Assembly (NCBI GenBank): GCA_051362555.1
Contig: CM120649.1
Location: forward strand, 7,440,001-7,504,000
Source of the DNA: Lingula anatina
Lineage: Eukaryota; Animalia; Brachiopoda
Length of the DNA stretch: 64,000 nt
Direction: 5' to 3'
Below, one piece after another: positions 12,897-27,020 of the stretch. The number at the start of each line of letters is the position of its first letter. Position 1 is the first letter of the stretch. The translations under genes and the position numbers were made by a program. A model generated the notes under the pieces. That model was not told the DNA's origin and made no database searches. It saw nothing but the letters and a program-made list of their open reading frames with translations.

Positions 12897-13118
12897 ATGA
12901 ACAAAGTATTTATTCGGAGGTATGAACGTTCTGAAAAGCATCTCATAAATGAGGCTTATATACTGCAGGGGCATGTGCCATATCGCTGTGTCGTGATCAG
13001 AGAAAATGTTTACGGCAGAGACTGGGAGATAGTGGCGGTGGACGTTTACGTTCTGTGTTACTGCGGAGGGTACCAGCAGAAAAACACACCCTTCAATCCA
13101 AAGATTCATCGGTATTAG
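12897..13118 (+). CDS. Microprotein family gene F (type II), 73 aa
   Basis: aaaATG; HVPYRC-x22-CYC-x7-TPFN-x5-Y. Confidence 0.85.
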   Translation: MNKVFIRRYERSEKHLINEAYILQGHVPYRCVVIRENVYGRDWEIVAVDVYVLCYCGGYQQKNTPFNPKIHRY

Positions 13119-13584
13119 ATTTCTACTCAAGTACAGAAAAATCGAGGTAGAGTCCTTTTTCATTAACTTTCTACTTACCTTACTACATGTATGCGCCTAC
13201 ATCTTCCACGCCGTTTGCCAAACTATCCAGCGATCAAGACAACCAGAGACTACTGACCAGAGCTACCATTTACGATCAACTCCACTACACACTGGAAGGC
13301 ATCGACCAGACATGAAGTACCAACAACAAGATAACAACATTAGACGACCATAGTCCATCTGGAATACGCCAATGAGTGACCCGAGAGAATACTATGCTGC
13401 GTGCTTTACTGTATGAACATTATGCCCGCGAGGACTCCATTTTCAGCGTTAAACTGCTACCGTTTACATGGTACTCCCCACTGGTGAGTTACTGCACCTA
13501 CCGCCACGTCCTATCAGCCTAAGACAGTATAGTATAATGTGTACCTCCTACCTTGACAGTAACTCTGAAGTAGTTCCATGGAGA

Positions 13585-13711
13585 AAGTGGAGACTTTCTT
13601 CAAAACCTTTTCAATATATCCGAGATAATAAATATGCACCGACATAGTCTACATTATCACAGAACTATCCAGCTGTCCGTATATGCTCCCAGAGAGCCTC
13701 TGAAACTAACC
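13585..13711 (+). pseudogene. Orphan 3' fragment of an E-like gene (CDS deleted)
   Basis: aagtggagactttcttcaaaa...gaaactaacc matches 11629-11760, directly after the gene E stop. Confidence 0.7.
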
Positions 13712-14146
13712 TATATTTATAGAAACAAAATGTCACATACAAAGAAATGCATTCTTTTACAAAGTAGTTTTCTTAATATTAAAATGTGTTAAATAAATCC
13801 AGTGTGAAAAAAGGATTCTTGTTTTCTGTTGCCCCGTTGTGCATTTGACCTTTAATTTCTTCAGTATCCAATGAAATATAAATTTTTGAATCACTAATGA
13901 TGGCGATACTCTTATACATATTTTGGGCCGTGAGACTCCACCAACCAGAACTCTTGGAATGTCAATAAGGCTCCAATTGACCAATCATAGGTGGCGTTGC
14001 CACGCCTTTTTATGTAATGCGCAGAATGATTATTTATAGAAATATGATGATGGGAATTTTTGAAAATAGCCTATAAAAGAAGATTTTTTCTTAATTTTTC
14101 AAAGACATTCAACTTAGCTCTTCTGATATAATTTATCGTATTTAAA

Positions 14147-14368
14147 ATGGTCAAGAAGTTTATTCGGAAGTTTGAAGGTTATGAAATGTATCTTATAGAC
14201 GAGGATCGTATACTGCGGAAACATATGTCAGGCGTCTGCGAAGTGAAAAGAAAATACATTTACAGACACGGTATATTAGTGGCAGTTAAGGTCTTCGTTG
14301 AGTGTTACTGCGGACTGTTCGAGCAGTCAAATACATTTTTCAATCAAAACAGTTGTCTGGAGTATTAG
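14147..14368 (+). CDS. Microprotein family gene G (type II), 73 aa
   Basis: aaaATGG; TATA 14072; HMSGVC-x21-CYC-x7-TFFN-x6-Y; AATAAA 14938. Upstream ~430 bp is a duplicate of the gene F upstream region. Confidence 0.85.
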   Translation: MVKKFIRKFEGYEMYLIDEDRILRKHMSGVCEVKRKYIYRHGILVAVKVFVECYCGLFEQSNTFFNQNSCLEY

Positions 14369-15252
14369 ACATTTATCATTGCACAGAAAATCGAGGTAGC
14401 ATTTCTTTTCTTGAACTTTCTACTTACCGGATACGCACACTACATGTATGCGCCAAAATCCTCCACGCCGTTTGCCAAACTATCCAGCGATCAAGACTAC
14501 CACTGAACTAATGACCACTGGACTTTATATCCACACCGTACTTATGACCAGAGCTATAATCTACGATCAACTGAACTTCACACTAGAAGGTACCAACCGG
14601 ACATGGAGTACCAACAACAAGATAACACCCCACAGATAGAACATTAGACGACCCTAGTCCATTTGGACCATGCCAATGATTTGCCCGAGTGAATACTACG
14701 CTGCTTGATTTACTGTATGAACTCTAATATGCATAAGGACGCCATATTCAGCGTCAGACTGCTACCGTTTACATGGTACTCATCGCTGGTGAGTTATACT
14801 GCACCTACCGCCACGTCCTATCAGCCTAAAACAGTATACTATAATGTTTAACTCTTACCTTGACAGTGACTCTGAAGTAATTCCATGGTATTAATCCTAC
14901 GAAGTTATCATAAACTGCTTTCCATTTTCCTTATTGAAATAAAAATCAATACCAGTACTATTTGCGTTTTGCTTTATTTTCCATTGCGCCACTGAACGCG
15001 GCTATACATAAGACTGATATTTAAAATATTGGCATTTTCGGGTGCAGCGACACAAATGTGGCTGCCTCAGAAACTATAGGAAAGTTATAGGGGTATAGAA
15101 AAAATATTTACATTGGCGAGTTTTCAAAGCAATTTTAATATTCTGAAGTCGTGATACATAAGGGTGTCGGGTGGTCGGCTCATGCTTAAGTTAAATCCCC
15201 ACTATGCTACTGCGTGTGGTACTGTAGTGAACTTCACGAAGATGGTACCTCA

Positions 15253-15457
15253 GGTCGCATTCACAGCAAAGTTGATCCGCTGTTTAACAGATCCACAGCT
15301 CAAACATGGCCGACCAACTTGAAAGCTTGCCGCATAATTCCGCAGGGAATTATTTTCTGTTTCCATCAGGGGATAATGTGGCAACCTTTAAGTGGGTGGG
15401 CCATACTTGATCCGCGGATCTGTTAGTCCACGGATAAACTTTGTTGTGAACGCGGCC
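15253..15457. mobile_element. 205-bp MITE, PIF/Harbinger-like
   Basis: ~40-bp imperfect TIRs ggtcgcattcacagcaaagtt... / ...aactttgttgtgaacgcggcc; flanked by TCA / TTA. Confidence 0.7.
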
Positions 15458-16013
15458 TTAATGCGAGAGTGAGTAGCACTACAAGACCCTCGTTCTAAAT
15501 AAGTCAGATCATCAGAGGCGAGACACTTGTGGCCATTTGGAATAATGTTTACCGAGAAGGCTTACACAAAGGCAAACCCCTTGGAACGATCACTAGCGAG
15601 TGGACCTGCTGCTGAAGGTCACTTGTTGATTGAAAAGCTTCTTGCAACTTGTCCATCCCCACTTCATGTTTAAATGCGAATTCTCTCCGTGAATGTTCTC
15701 CGTTTGTGACGACATCTTAAGCCATCGGGCACATTCAGGCTCTGGCACCAACTATCGTGAGCATGCAATGGCAAAATTATGCTAAGATTGCCCTCTACAC
15801 AAACTAATAAGATGGCAATAAGTAAGATGCCATTTCAGTGCAAAGACAACATTTCAATTAAAAGTAATCTAAATAATATTGAAGTAAAAATTTAAAAGAC
15901 TACAGTACTATAAGTTAATCCGTCTACCAATTGTATCAACCATGCATTTCAAATTTCCCACGATGGCGACGTATTCAAAGATGGGGGAGGTAATTTTCCA
16001 GATTTTTCAATTA

Positions 16014-16014
<1 letters not shown>

Positions 16015-16054
<40 letters not shown>
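16015..16054. repeat. Poly(A) run, ~40 nt
   Basis: Seen directly. Confidence 0.95.
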
Positions 16055-16057
<3 letters not shown>

Positions 16058-19000
16058 TACTCTGGAATAAATTAAGTACGTTAAATAGCTAATATACTGT
16101 CATGCCTATAATTCCCGCGACAACTAATTGATCATTTTCTGACATCTGTATGCGTACATGGTGACGAGATAATTATAGGGCAAAACACAATGGCAATGAA
16201 AATGAGAAGACGTCAAGCCCGCCCTATGTTCGCTAATATGCAAATCAACCCCGCTTGTCCATCGGTGGCGGCTTGTCACCCTGTTTATGCTCGACGGGGA
16301 GTTAATTGCCGCTTGCTGTAAGCCGACGTAATGACATAGTTGCTTATCTGCCGGTACTGTTCCTTTCTCTAGGCTGACACAGGGCCTATCTCCTGCCTTG
16401 CTAACGGGTTTTTCTTCACTTTGCAAAGTTTTGTTTGAAAGATTTAATATTTATTTTACTTGTGAGTTTTTGTCCTGCTATCCACAATTTTCCCACATAA
16501 CGGCCAACGTTAATTTGAAAATGACGTAATGCAGTATCGGTCACAAACCACGGAGCGTGCCGTCTGAGGTAATGAGCAAAAATAAAATAAACTACTTCAG
16601 ACGTTGTGAAGATTATCTGTATATTCGCTTCTTTAACGTCTTTTACCGTGACATTATATGCTGATCTCATTTGAAAGTTTTTCGCGTATTATTCGGTCAA
16701 CTTATTCTGTCAAGCCATACGGGCCTGTCACTGCACGTACGCCATCTTGAATTTTATATGTAGAGGGAGGCAGGTCGACAGCCATGCGAAAAAGGACTCT
16801 GTGCGCGCGGAGAAGTGAAAGTGATACCTTTTTGAAAAACAATATCATTAAAAAATACATTCATAAAAATTTAAACTTTGCTTGTCGGAGGCTGATACCC
16901 CACAAAGCGCTCAAGCTGCTGTGCACTGAGTTATTTATAAGTGGGATCTATTTATGTCCTGGAGTGGTTCATCGTAGAAATATAGGCTAATTTTGTAAAA
17001 TTGCAGTAATAACAACATTCTAATTCATTGCTTCTTTGTACAAGCAAGATGCTCTTTTCAAATGAATAATGAAATGAATAAATAATGTAATTAAGTTGAG
17101 AGAAAGCAGCTCGTTATCTATAAATGGGTCTGTGTTAATTTTTTTTTTCAGGTCGATCCTTACATTGTGCCTATTGGCTGGTAATGTAGTTATGTCTTTT
17201 TAAATTGATCAGCAACTACTTTTTAAATTTTCTTTAATAAAATACAAATAACAAGTTTGACATTGAAAATCTAACATGCATGAAAAGCCAATTATAGTTC
17301 TAGTGTTATACTATTAAAATCCTATTTCAGCATGCGAAATATATATTTCAAAAAGTTTGCATCGATCATGTTTTGTTTGCTTAGACTTTGAACACATGGA
17401 TGGAATTTGTAAATATTCTACACAATATAATTCACTTTCATTAGTTTTGAATTTAAATATATGGACAGTATTAATTAGATAAAATGTTACTTATTAAAAA
17501 AAACGTAAATTTATTGAGAATAAAAATTTAAAATGCCCTTCCGTAAGCGTATTTTTGAGAGATGATTCTGTACAGTATTTACGAGTGTAAATAATATGCG
17601 TTTGACAGCATTTTCTTTCAAATGTGATTCTTTAGAAATGTGCGCATTAACTTTTCTTGTCTTACAGACAGACACAGAGAGGACTTCAGGTCCAAAACCA
17701 GAAGGCCACATGGAAAATACATCTAAGGTCTACAAAAGGCTGTCTCCTTTGTAGGGTCTTATCTAGCGCACGAAAATCTTTATTAATAATGCGATTTGAT
17801 AAATTATCACAGATGATGATTTAGTCTAATTGGTGTGCAACACGGATAAGAAGGGCGCGTAGAACGTTGCCTAGGTCTGTAAATATATGCGTTTTGGTGT
17901 CGGGGGGGGGGGGGGTGTCTCCTTTTCTTGCCACAGTATTTAAATATTTAAACTGGAAATTATTCGATCACCAATCGTCAAGCTGTCTATGCAGAAAGAT
18001 ATTTTTTAAACTAGCGGAGAGCACCTGCATTGGAGAAGACGACCTGGCAGAGAAAGACGGAAGATAAAGATCACTCTCACATACTTTTTTCCCGTAAATA
18101 TTTTGATATTAAAGACTCCCGTCCCTCTTCCCTTGTTCGTGTCCTTCTTTTCTACATTTACTGCATTTTATCATTTGTTTTCCCCGAAGTAAGAACGAAT
18201 CGTTTGAGCAAGCGGGCTTGGTAGAAAAAGAGGGGAGATAAGGACATCAATCTTATTTCCCGTAAATGTTTTTAATATTAAGGATTCCCATCACTTTTTC
18301 TTGATAGTTTCCTCTTTCCTCTATTTCTTTTCGCTGCACTTTTATCTGTTGACTTCTCTTAAATAAAATGAATCAAATCTAAATAAAACAAATAACGGAG
18401 AGCAGATTCTTTGGTGAAATTATTTATCTGTCAAAAACCTTATAAAACGTTAAAACATTCTTTATGAATAACGACCCATGCAGTAGTGTAAAATATTCAT
18501 TTTGTAGAAGGTTGCACAGGATTAAATTCTCGATGCAATACGATTATTTCCTAGTCTTTCATTAGCCTACCAGCACCTAATTGAGAAAATTTTGATTCAC
18601 CCCAAGAAGTTATAACTTCTTGTTCACCCTGACACTGCCAACGAAAAAGTACTTTAGTTTACTGGTGTCTCTTGAATATTTAGGCACTGTTGATGGCCCC
18701 AAAGATTGAAATTTGCCGAAACCGATGCTTTATCGCTATTGTTTAATGATTAACAATTGCTGCCTGAGAACGCTCTTGGGATGTATACTAGTAGACCAAG
18801 TCAAAGAATGGAATAGTTTTTAATATCAAGGTCACTTACAACCCAGTCATTAGGTAACACTGGACAACAAAACAAAGGGGCGACTACCAGTTGTAACTGC
18901 CATTGAATGAAATGTAAAAGGTGCGAAATCGGCCACCCCTTAATGCGATCATTAACCAGCAAACAAAGCGTTGTATTGTAATTTCCACCGCCGACAAGCG

Positions 19001-21065
19001 GGTTATCAAAAAAAGTATGACAGTCTTTTTACTTCCACCATCGATCCCTAGGACGTACATGTACACATGAAAACAACATTGATAATTATTCTTGTTATAA
19101 TGCATGAAGTAAATTGAAAAAAATTAAAACTATGTTAATTTGGACTTACTTCATACATGATGTTATTGTGTTCACGACAAAGGCTAATCAAATGCCATTT
19201 ACCCTTAATGATTTGTTTGGGCGAACTCTCCTCCACAGCATTTGCACACGTATCAGTTAAATATCTTCTTTTAATTAATCTATTTCATAATTCAAGGAGT
19301 TGCAGTAAGCGAATGCAGTTATGTGACCGATCTTGCACAAACACTTAAGCCCTTGCCGTTAGGCAAATTGACACACTAAGTCATTTTTCATAATATTTTT
19401 TTCTAATGCCCAACAAGAATTTTTGCATGGAATTAATTTTCCACCGCTTAGCTGGCATTCAGTAATATATCGCGAGGACATTGCACTAACCGATGAGAGG
19501 CTGTGGTTTAAGCTAGATACAACACTCGCCACCGAGCTGTACCCGAAAATTACTCAACCTGTGACTCGACAATACGCTCGTTATATTTCAAGTTCGGCTC
19601 GGCGACTTGTATTGTATCTATCACTTATTACAATGTCCAGGTAGCTTATCCAGCTGTGGTTTTAATTATCGCTATTTAGGTTCCTTTCGAAACCAGCTTC
19701 GTCTCCACGAAAACAACATACATGTACAGTGTTTTGGATGTTACTCACACGAAGACCTGGCACGGCTTTGTCGTTGGTATTTTCTTTTTATTGTTTAGTG
19801 CTATCTATACCCCTATCACTTAACCTGAGAAGTTTCCAAACGTAAGGACAAAGAGAAAAGTGTGATGTATCGAGACAAAAAGGAGATCGGTAGATACGTC
19901 CAAAATTAGGGAGACTTCTGCCAAGATCGGAAGAGTTAATTGGTATGGGCCACAGACTGATCGCTCGAGAAATTCACCAAATCTACAAAAAAAAAATCCT
20001 TCAAATGTATTAAATAGCAGAGGCCCATACCCCTGATTGTAAGAAGTAAACAAAACAACGAGACGGCAGGTCGACATTCAGCCTAGAGCAAGGTGCAATA
20101 CTGCCAAGTTGAAAGCTGTTAATTAAGTCGGATTATAGCGCGCATCAATTTACTTCCCGTCGCGCTTGGCGAGGACGAACTCCCGTCTCCAAGGGTCGCC
20201 CGTACAATAATTTACATATGCTCTCCTCCCCCTGTGCGCTTAGGCCCTGTATGAGTCCACGTCGCTATTGTTTGCTACCCGCACAGGCTTTTGTAGTTTA
20301 TCAAAACAACCCATTGTCTCTCAGGGGGCGTCAGCACACAGTTAATACGTACATGGAGTATACGCATACGGATTGTCGCGCGAATTATGAGCACAACCAG
20401 TATAAGGCTTAGTACCAAAAACGTAACGTCTATAACTTTCGTTAAACCTAAAATTATGCTTGGCAATAACAAATTTAACTCGGAACAATCTACCCCATGA
20501 TGACTACTGTAGATCAGAGTGTTCCAAATGTTGGTATGTCAAAACAAATTTCCTGTTACCCTTTAGTGCGTATTATTCCAGAGTAAATTAACACACCAGG
20601 GTTTGTTGCACTGCGTATTTGGGACCAAACGGGTTTAGATAGTATTAGCATTTCCGAAAATGCCTATACCATGCAATCGATACCACGTGTCGGGTGTTAG
20701 TCAGCTGATTGGCCGCCTCACCGAACCAATATAAAACTGATATTGTGAAAGACTGCCAAGACTCTTTTGTTATTATAATATGTTTATAAGATGTGTGTCA
20801 AAATTCTTAAAGGTCAGCAGTATTTGTGTACGTTTTGCTGTGTATAAACACAGCGCCACATGTTTAATGTAATAGAGATCTACTAGGGAAGTGAAATTAA
20901 TATTTCATCTAGGGAAATAATTCTGAATATTTTGAAGCCCAAGGTAATCAATTCAAATCTACCAGACAGACAAAATAAATTGTAATAAAATATCATGCAA
21001 TAAAAAGAGAAGTCTCTCCGACTGCCATGGAGACAGAGGCATAAATCAGCCAACGGCAATGGATG

Positions 21066-21265
21066 TGTTAGTTGAGACCTCTCTGACAATCACGGAGACT
21101 GAGACATATCCTAGAGTGGGTCGTTGCGTTAGTTGAGGCCTCTCTGACAGACATGAAGACATGAGACATGAATCATCCAGTGACAGTGGTTGTGTTAGTT
21201 GAGGCCTCTCTGAAACAGAGACGAGGACGTAAATCACCCAATAAAAGTCTTTGTGTTAGATGAGG
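21066..21265 (+). repeat. Degenerate ~60-66-bp minisatellite with core gttagttgaggcctctctga
   Basis: Core recurs at ~21067, 21128, 21194 and partly at 21256. Confidence 0.8.
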
Positions 21266-22517
21266 TATCAGTATCCCTTCTTTTGTTCGTCCTTGTGTGT
21301 ACTTACCTTAAATTATTTGTAGTCTTAGTACCATAGCATATCATACATTTCTAGGTTATGGTCATAATTTATACAATGTACCATTCATGTCAAAACGAAC
21401 TGGTGGTTCTGTCAGAATTATTAAACATACCAAATTTATCAAGAACATTTATAACTTTTATCAAATGTGCTGGGTATTGTTTCTTTTTAATTTCAATAAT
21501 TATAAATGTAAATGTTTATCACTCAAAAAGTAACGTCGAAAACATCAATATCCAAAATGTTGCAGTGAAGGTTTCAGGAGTTATGAAATCAAACTGTATT
21601 CTATGTGTTCTTTCCAAATCTCTACAGACATAAACATATAAGCACCCCATAAAGTCTTCATTGTTACTGTGTAGATTGTATACATTGTCTGAAGCAGCGC
21701 CACAAATTCATTATCATATCTATATATTCTCCATCAATATCGACTATGAACAGAAAGTATTGACGGTTGGAACTCTGAGAGTGTAGGTAACTGATTCCTT
21801 ACACCAGTCTTAGAAGAACTATCAAAGGGATAAAACGGGCCATCTTAGCAAGCTAACTTCATGTAATCCCACTTCTAGTTTATTCTTAACCACCGTCCTA
21901 TATGCACCACGAGCTCGGCACAATATAATAAAACCATGTCAGGTGGATAGCACCATCTTAAAAACCTTCTACAAAATCAGATATCAACTTAATAATTCTA
22001 ACATACTTCTAAATTTGCCACTTTGTTTTGCTTTTCTAATATATCTATTGTACTAACACGCATATAAATAAAGTAAATGACATTATAAGACGACATTATA
22101 AGAACCATTTAAACCAAAAATAAAGCATTTGAATTATAGAATATGATTTGACAGTTATATGGACTGTAAAAGCTTTGGTTTTAATTATGAAAAGCTTTTG
22201 GTTAAGAGCGGATTTTGAATAGATTATAATGTTGATGTTAATGCAGTTAATTTTAAAAAGGTAAAAGTTGTATTATAAGTATTACGTCACAAAAAAGCAT
22301 CGTTTGTTGGTAGTTTGATATGACTAGTAGTGTTCTCTGAAAAATCTAATTATTATTTAGAATTAACTGACTTTATATTAAAGTTATGAACCGGTTCAGT
22401 TTACTCTGGCAGCATTTGTTGTAAAATATTAGAAGCGCACTTTCAATAAAGGTAACCTGTAAATGTACCGACACGGTGCATTTATCTAGAATTTTATCCC
22501 TTTATTTTTTATTCTTG

Positions 22518-23580
22518 TTATGTGAATCAGACACTGCTTTCATGTTACTCACAAATATATCACACTTCACTACACATTACACAGATAAAATTAATTCATA
22601 ATTAATTCCTTATCTTTTGTGTAATTTCAGTTTATAACAGGGATTGCTGGAATTTTATTTATCCTTATCTTTTTGGTATGGTTTCTACGACACGGTTGTA
22701 ACAGAAACGTTTACAATTTATAAAAACTTATTCCTTGTTATTATTTCTGTGACTCGTAAAAAACAGAGACATTTAGATATAATTTAATGATTGTTACTCA
22801 TTGGTATTTCTACGGCTTGTCAAGAACAGGATTGGTTAAGAATAGTGGCGGTTTTTTCTAAAGTATTGGATTTTTTCTCAATCAGCAACAATTGTTGTTT
22901 ACAACCAATAAATAGGGATGTTGAGCATTTTGTTATTTATTACTCTGAGGTATCATTTCTACTGCACTAGATTAGAGATTGTAAGAAACTGACTAATCCT
23001 TACTCTGGTGTGATTCTTCGGCATGTTTCGAACAGGGGCATGTATATTATGTGAATCAGACACTGGTTTCATGTTACTCACAAATATATCACACTTCACT
23101 ACACATTACACAGATAAAATTCATAATTAATTCCTTATCTTTTGTGTAATTTCAGTTTATAACAGGGATTGCTGGAATTTTATTTATCCTTATCTTTTTG
23201 GTACCCTGTATGGTTTCTCCGACACGGTTGTAACAGAAACGTTTACAATTTATAAAAACTTATTCCTTGTTATTATTTCTGTGACTCGTAAAAAACAGAG
23301 ACATTTAGATATAATTTAATGATTGTTACTCATTGGTATTTCTACGGCTTGTCAAGAACAGGATTGGTTAAGAATAGTGGCGGTTTTTTCCAAAGTATTG
23401 GATTTTTTCTCAATCAGCAGCAATTGTTGTTTACAACCAATAAATAGGGATGTTGAGCATTTTGTTATTTATTACTCTGAGGTATCATTTCTACTGTACT
23501 AGATTAGAGATTGTAAGAAACTGGCTAATACTTACTCTGGTGTGATTCTTCGGCATGTTTCGATCAGGTGCGTGTATATT
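22518..23580 (+). repeat. ~530-bp near-identical tandem duplication
   Basis: ttatgtgaatcagacactg at ~22518 and ~23048, followed by near-identical sequence. Confidence 0.9.
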
Positions 23581-23725
23581 TTGATTAATTCGTACTTGAC
23601 GGTATGGTTTCTTTGACGCGTCGATAAGAGCGCTGTTTACATTTTATCTTGCTACAAAATAAAACGCGTTCTGCCTTAGTCTGTTTGACACTTATATGGA
23701 ACCAGTCTGTGTGTAATTCTCTCAG

Positions 23726-23782
<57 letters not shown>

Positions 23783-23872
23783 TTTTTTGACCAATCTGAA
23801 GTTATCGCTGGGAGAATGATAAGGCGGTTGACGGCGCCACTTCGCTTCAAATAACAAGCATTTAATTTATCA

Positions 23873-23944
23873 CAATTGTGAATGATAAATGTGATAAATT
23901 AAATTATAAATCATTTAATTTATCACATTTATCATTCACAATTG
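23873..23944. repeat. Perfect 32-bp inverted repeat with 8-nt loop
   Basis: caattgtgaatgataaatgtgataaattaaat (23873-23904) and its exact reverse complement (23913-23944). Confidence 0.95.
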
Positions 23945-24650
23945 AATGTTCATATCAAATACGCTGTATTTACTTTTACGTTCAAAAATTATACCTAATA
24001 CATTTTATCAATCCAAATGTAACGTCGAAATATATTAAAAGTTTACTTACAAAACTGCGTTTTTATCCAAAATACTGTAGGTCATCTAGGGTAACAGAAG
24101 TAACCAAGTCTGCTTCAGTATATCACATCATGAGTTCAAACTGCATTCTATCTCTACCTCCCCAATATCAAACCTATGTTCCACTCCTTAGTGTCTTCAT
24201 AGTCACCGTGTGGGTTGCATATCAATGAGAACTGTGCATATTACAGCAGCGGCACATTATCATATGTATTCTCCATCAATACTGATATTGACTGTTGGGA
24301 TTTACTGATGACATATCTGTTTGAGAGTGCAGATACTGAATCTTTACATCACGAGGAAATCACAATATCATAGAACCATATGCCAGGGGGATAAGATCCA
24401 TCTTAGCTAGCGAACAGAGCCCTCACAACCAGCTTGTCCTTAACTACCGTCCTATATACACCACGGGATCATCACAGGAATATGGAATCATGCCAAGGGG
24501 CACCACCGTCTCAATTAGAACCTACAAAGTCAGGTATCATCCTGATAATTCTAGCATACTTATGAATTTGCCCCTTTTTCACTTTTCTAATATTGCAACT
24601 GTACTTATAAATGGTATGAATAAAATAAATGACATTATATGGCAGCATAT

Positions 24651-24655
<5 letters not shown>

Positions 24656-24716
<61 letters not shown>
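24656..24716. repeat. (TA)n microsatellite; others at ~23728-23765 and ~37897-37946; (TC)n(TA)n at ~27903-27975
   Basis: Seen directly. Confidence 0.95.
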
Positions 24717-24718
<2 letters not shown>

Positions 24719-27020
24719 CTCAATTTGAAACTTATCTGAAAAATATCAGAACTGCTACGTTATATGAATATTAATCGTTTATTATGTACTCTCGTATTTG
24801 CCTTAACACATTTGATATAATGTGATTTTGGGTGCATTATAACACAAAAGAAAATATAATCATTGCTGAACATGACATTAAATAGACAGCAGAGAAGGAA
24901 AATGTGAAAAACAACTAACAAAAACTATTGCAAAATTATTCACATTAAAAATTTTGATAGAATCAATAATTTTTGCAACATATCCAGTTAGGCAGATATT
25001 GTACACACACGCACAAAAAAAAATTCCAAAATCCTACTTTTCGAAAGGGGCATGCTTTATTGAAATACAAAGCCAATGAAAACATTTAAGGAAAAAACAT
25101 GGCAAGACAATCAATGGCTTAAGAGGCCAGTGTTCTCTGAAATGAAATGTAACTATTATTTATAATTAACTTACATCATATTAACGTTATAAACTTGTTC
25201 AGTTTACTATGGCAGAATATACTGCAAAACATCAGAAGCGCACATTTTTCTAACATCTTATGCATTTTTTCATGCTTTTAATATACATCAGACTGCATTT
25301 AAATTAAATTTGACAAATACATTACACTCACGACGCATTATACACATACAATACATTATTAATTCATTATCTTTGGTGTGATTTCAGTTTATAACGGCAT
25401 TGCTAAAATTTTATTTATCCTTATCATTTGGTATGTTTTCTACGACACGTCTGAGACAGAGACGTCTACATTTTATAAATTCTCATTCCTTGGCATTTTC
25501 CTGTGACTCGTGAAAACAGAGACATTTAAACTTAATTAATGAGTTCTTACTCCTTGGTTTTTTTTCTACGACTTGTCAAGAACAGGAATGGTCAAGAATA
25601 AAGTGGTATTTTTTTTCAATCAGCAGCAATTGTTGTTTACCACCAATATATAGGGTTGTTGATCATTTTATTATTTTTTACTTATTGATGCCGTTTTTAA
25701 AGCACATCACCAGAAATTGTAAGGATTCTAGGGCATGTTTAGAACAGGAGCGTGTATATTTTGGTCAATTCATATTTTTGGTATGATTTCTTCGACGCGT
25801 CAATAAAAATGGTTTTGCATTCTATCGGTTCTTATTACAAAATAAAAAGCGTCCTGCATTTGTTTGTTTGACACTAATATGGGACAAGTTTGTGTGTAAT
25901 TCTCTCAACAGTAGTTTTTTATTTAACCAGTTAAGGTTATCGCTGAAGATAAGCCGTTTAACAGCGCCACTTCACTTCATATGATGCCGTGATTGAGAAC
26001 GATTTTGAACTTTGAACGATTTTGAACTACTTAGTAGGTAAACAAAAAGGAATGGTTCCGAGAAAGATAAATCTAACACCTGCAGGTTTTCAGCTGTTTC
26101 GGAAAGGTAACTGTAAAATAATAAATTTTACTTTGTTAAAGATGCAAATGCCATAAACAATAACAAAAGACGTTATATATAACGCTGTTTGCTACCTAGT
26201 TGTCTGGTCAACTTATGTTGCAGGTTTCTATATGTATGTCGTTTATGTACATTCTATCAGACATACTGTATTGGTAGTGTGTATTTGTGAAAAATCAGTT
26301 ATATAAGCCACATCGAATTGGATGCATGTATTTGCAAGGAATCAGATCTTCTAATTTCGTAGAAAAAGATCTGTATCTGACTTTCAATGGTATCCAGATT
26401 TTAGAAACTAGTTATATAAGAAGGGACAAATATATCCCTTAATTTTTATAAGTTCGGTTTTATAAGTAACTGATTTTATGAAAATGTTTTTTTCGTGGTC
26501 TGTAGAAAGAATGACAAAACAGACACAAGAATAACGAGAGTCTGACTCGACGAAAAAAAACATTTTTCTTGATATTAAGACTAAATAAACAGAGTCACGC
26601 ACGGCCATTCGATCCACCTTACACAGACCTTGGTCACTTGAATGGCTATTTTGCGCTCATGTTCCACACTTGAGGAACATGAAACTAAACCAAACGAACA
26701 CTTGGTACTCGTTTTATCAGACATTTTAACCCTGACAATCCCACATCTGTCAACCAATATTCTAAAACACCAACCTCATTACCTATACAATACATCCACC
26801 AAACACAAATGCGCAGAATCCGCTCCGCCCCTTACCAATCACAAATTCTTCTCAAAATGATTCACCCTCTTACCAAAAACAATCACGGCACACAATATGA
26901 GAGACTGACGTTAATATTTGAATACACTATTAAGTAAATATTTGGAGTGAACAGGCTGTATAAAAATATCGGAGAAATATTATATAGTTAGTAACAGAAA
27001 GAGTTTTGGAAACCGGGAAA

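Noticed and set aside
21066-21265. Conserved ~20-nt core with variable ~40-nt intervals, superficially CRISPR-like
   Set aside because: Animal genomic context, no cas genes, intervals are related to each other (gagac...atc...gt) and the cores decay; it is an old minisatellite
5138-27020. N-terminal extensions in the ORF track for genes A, B, E, F and H (starts 5138, 6556, 11341, 12885, 27006)
   Set aside because: They use GTG/TTG starts and some overlap the TATA box; the downstream aaaATG codons align across paralogs
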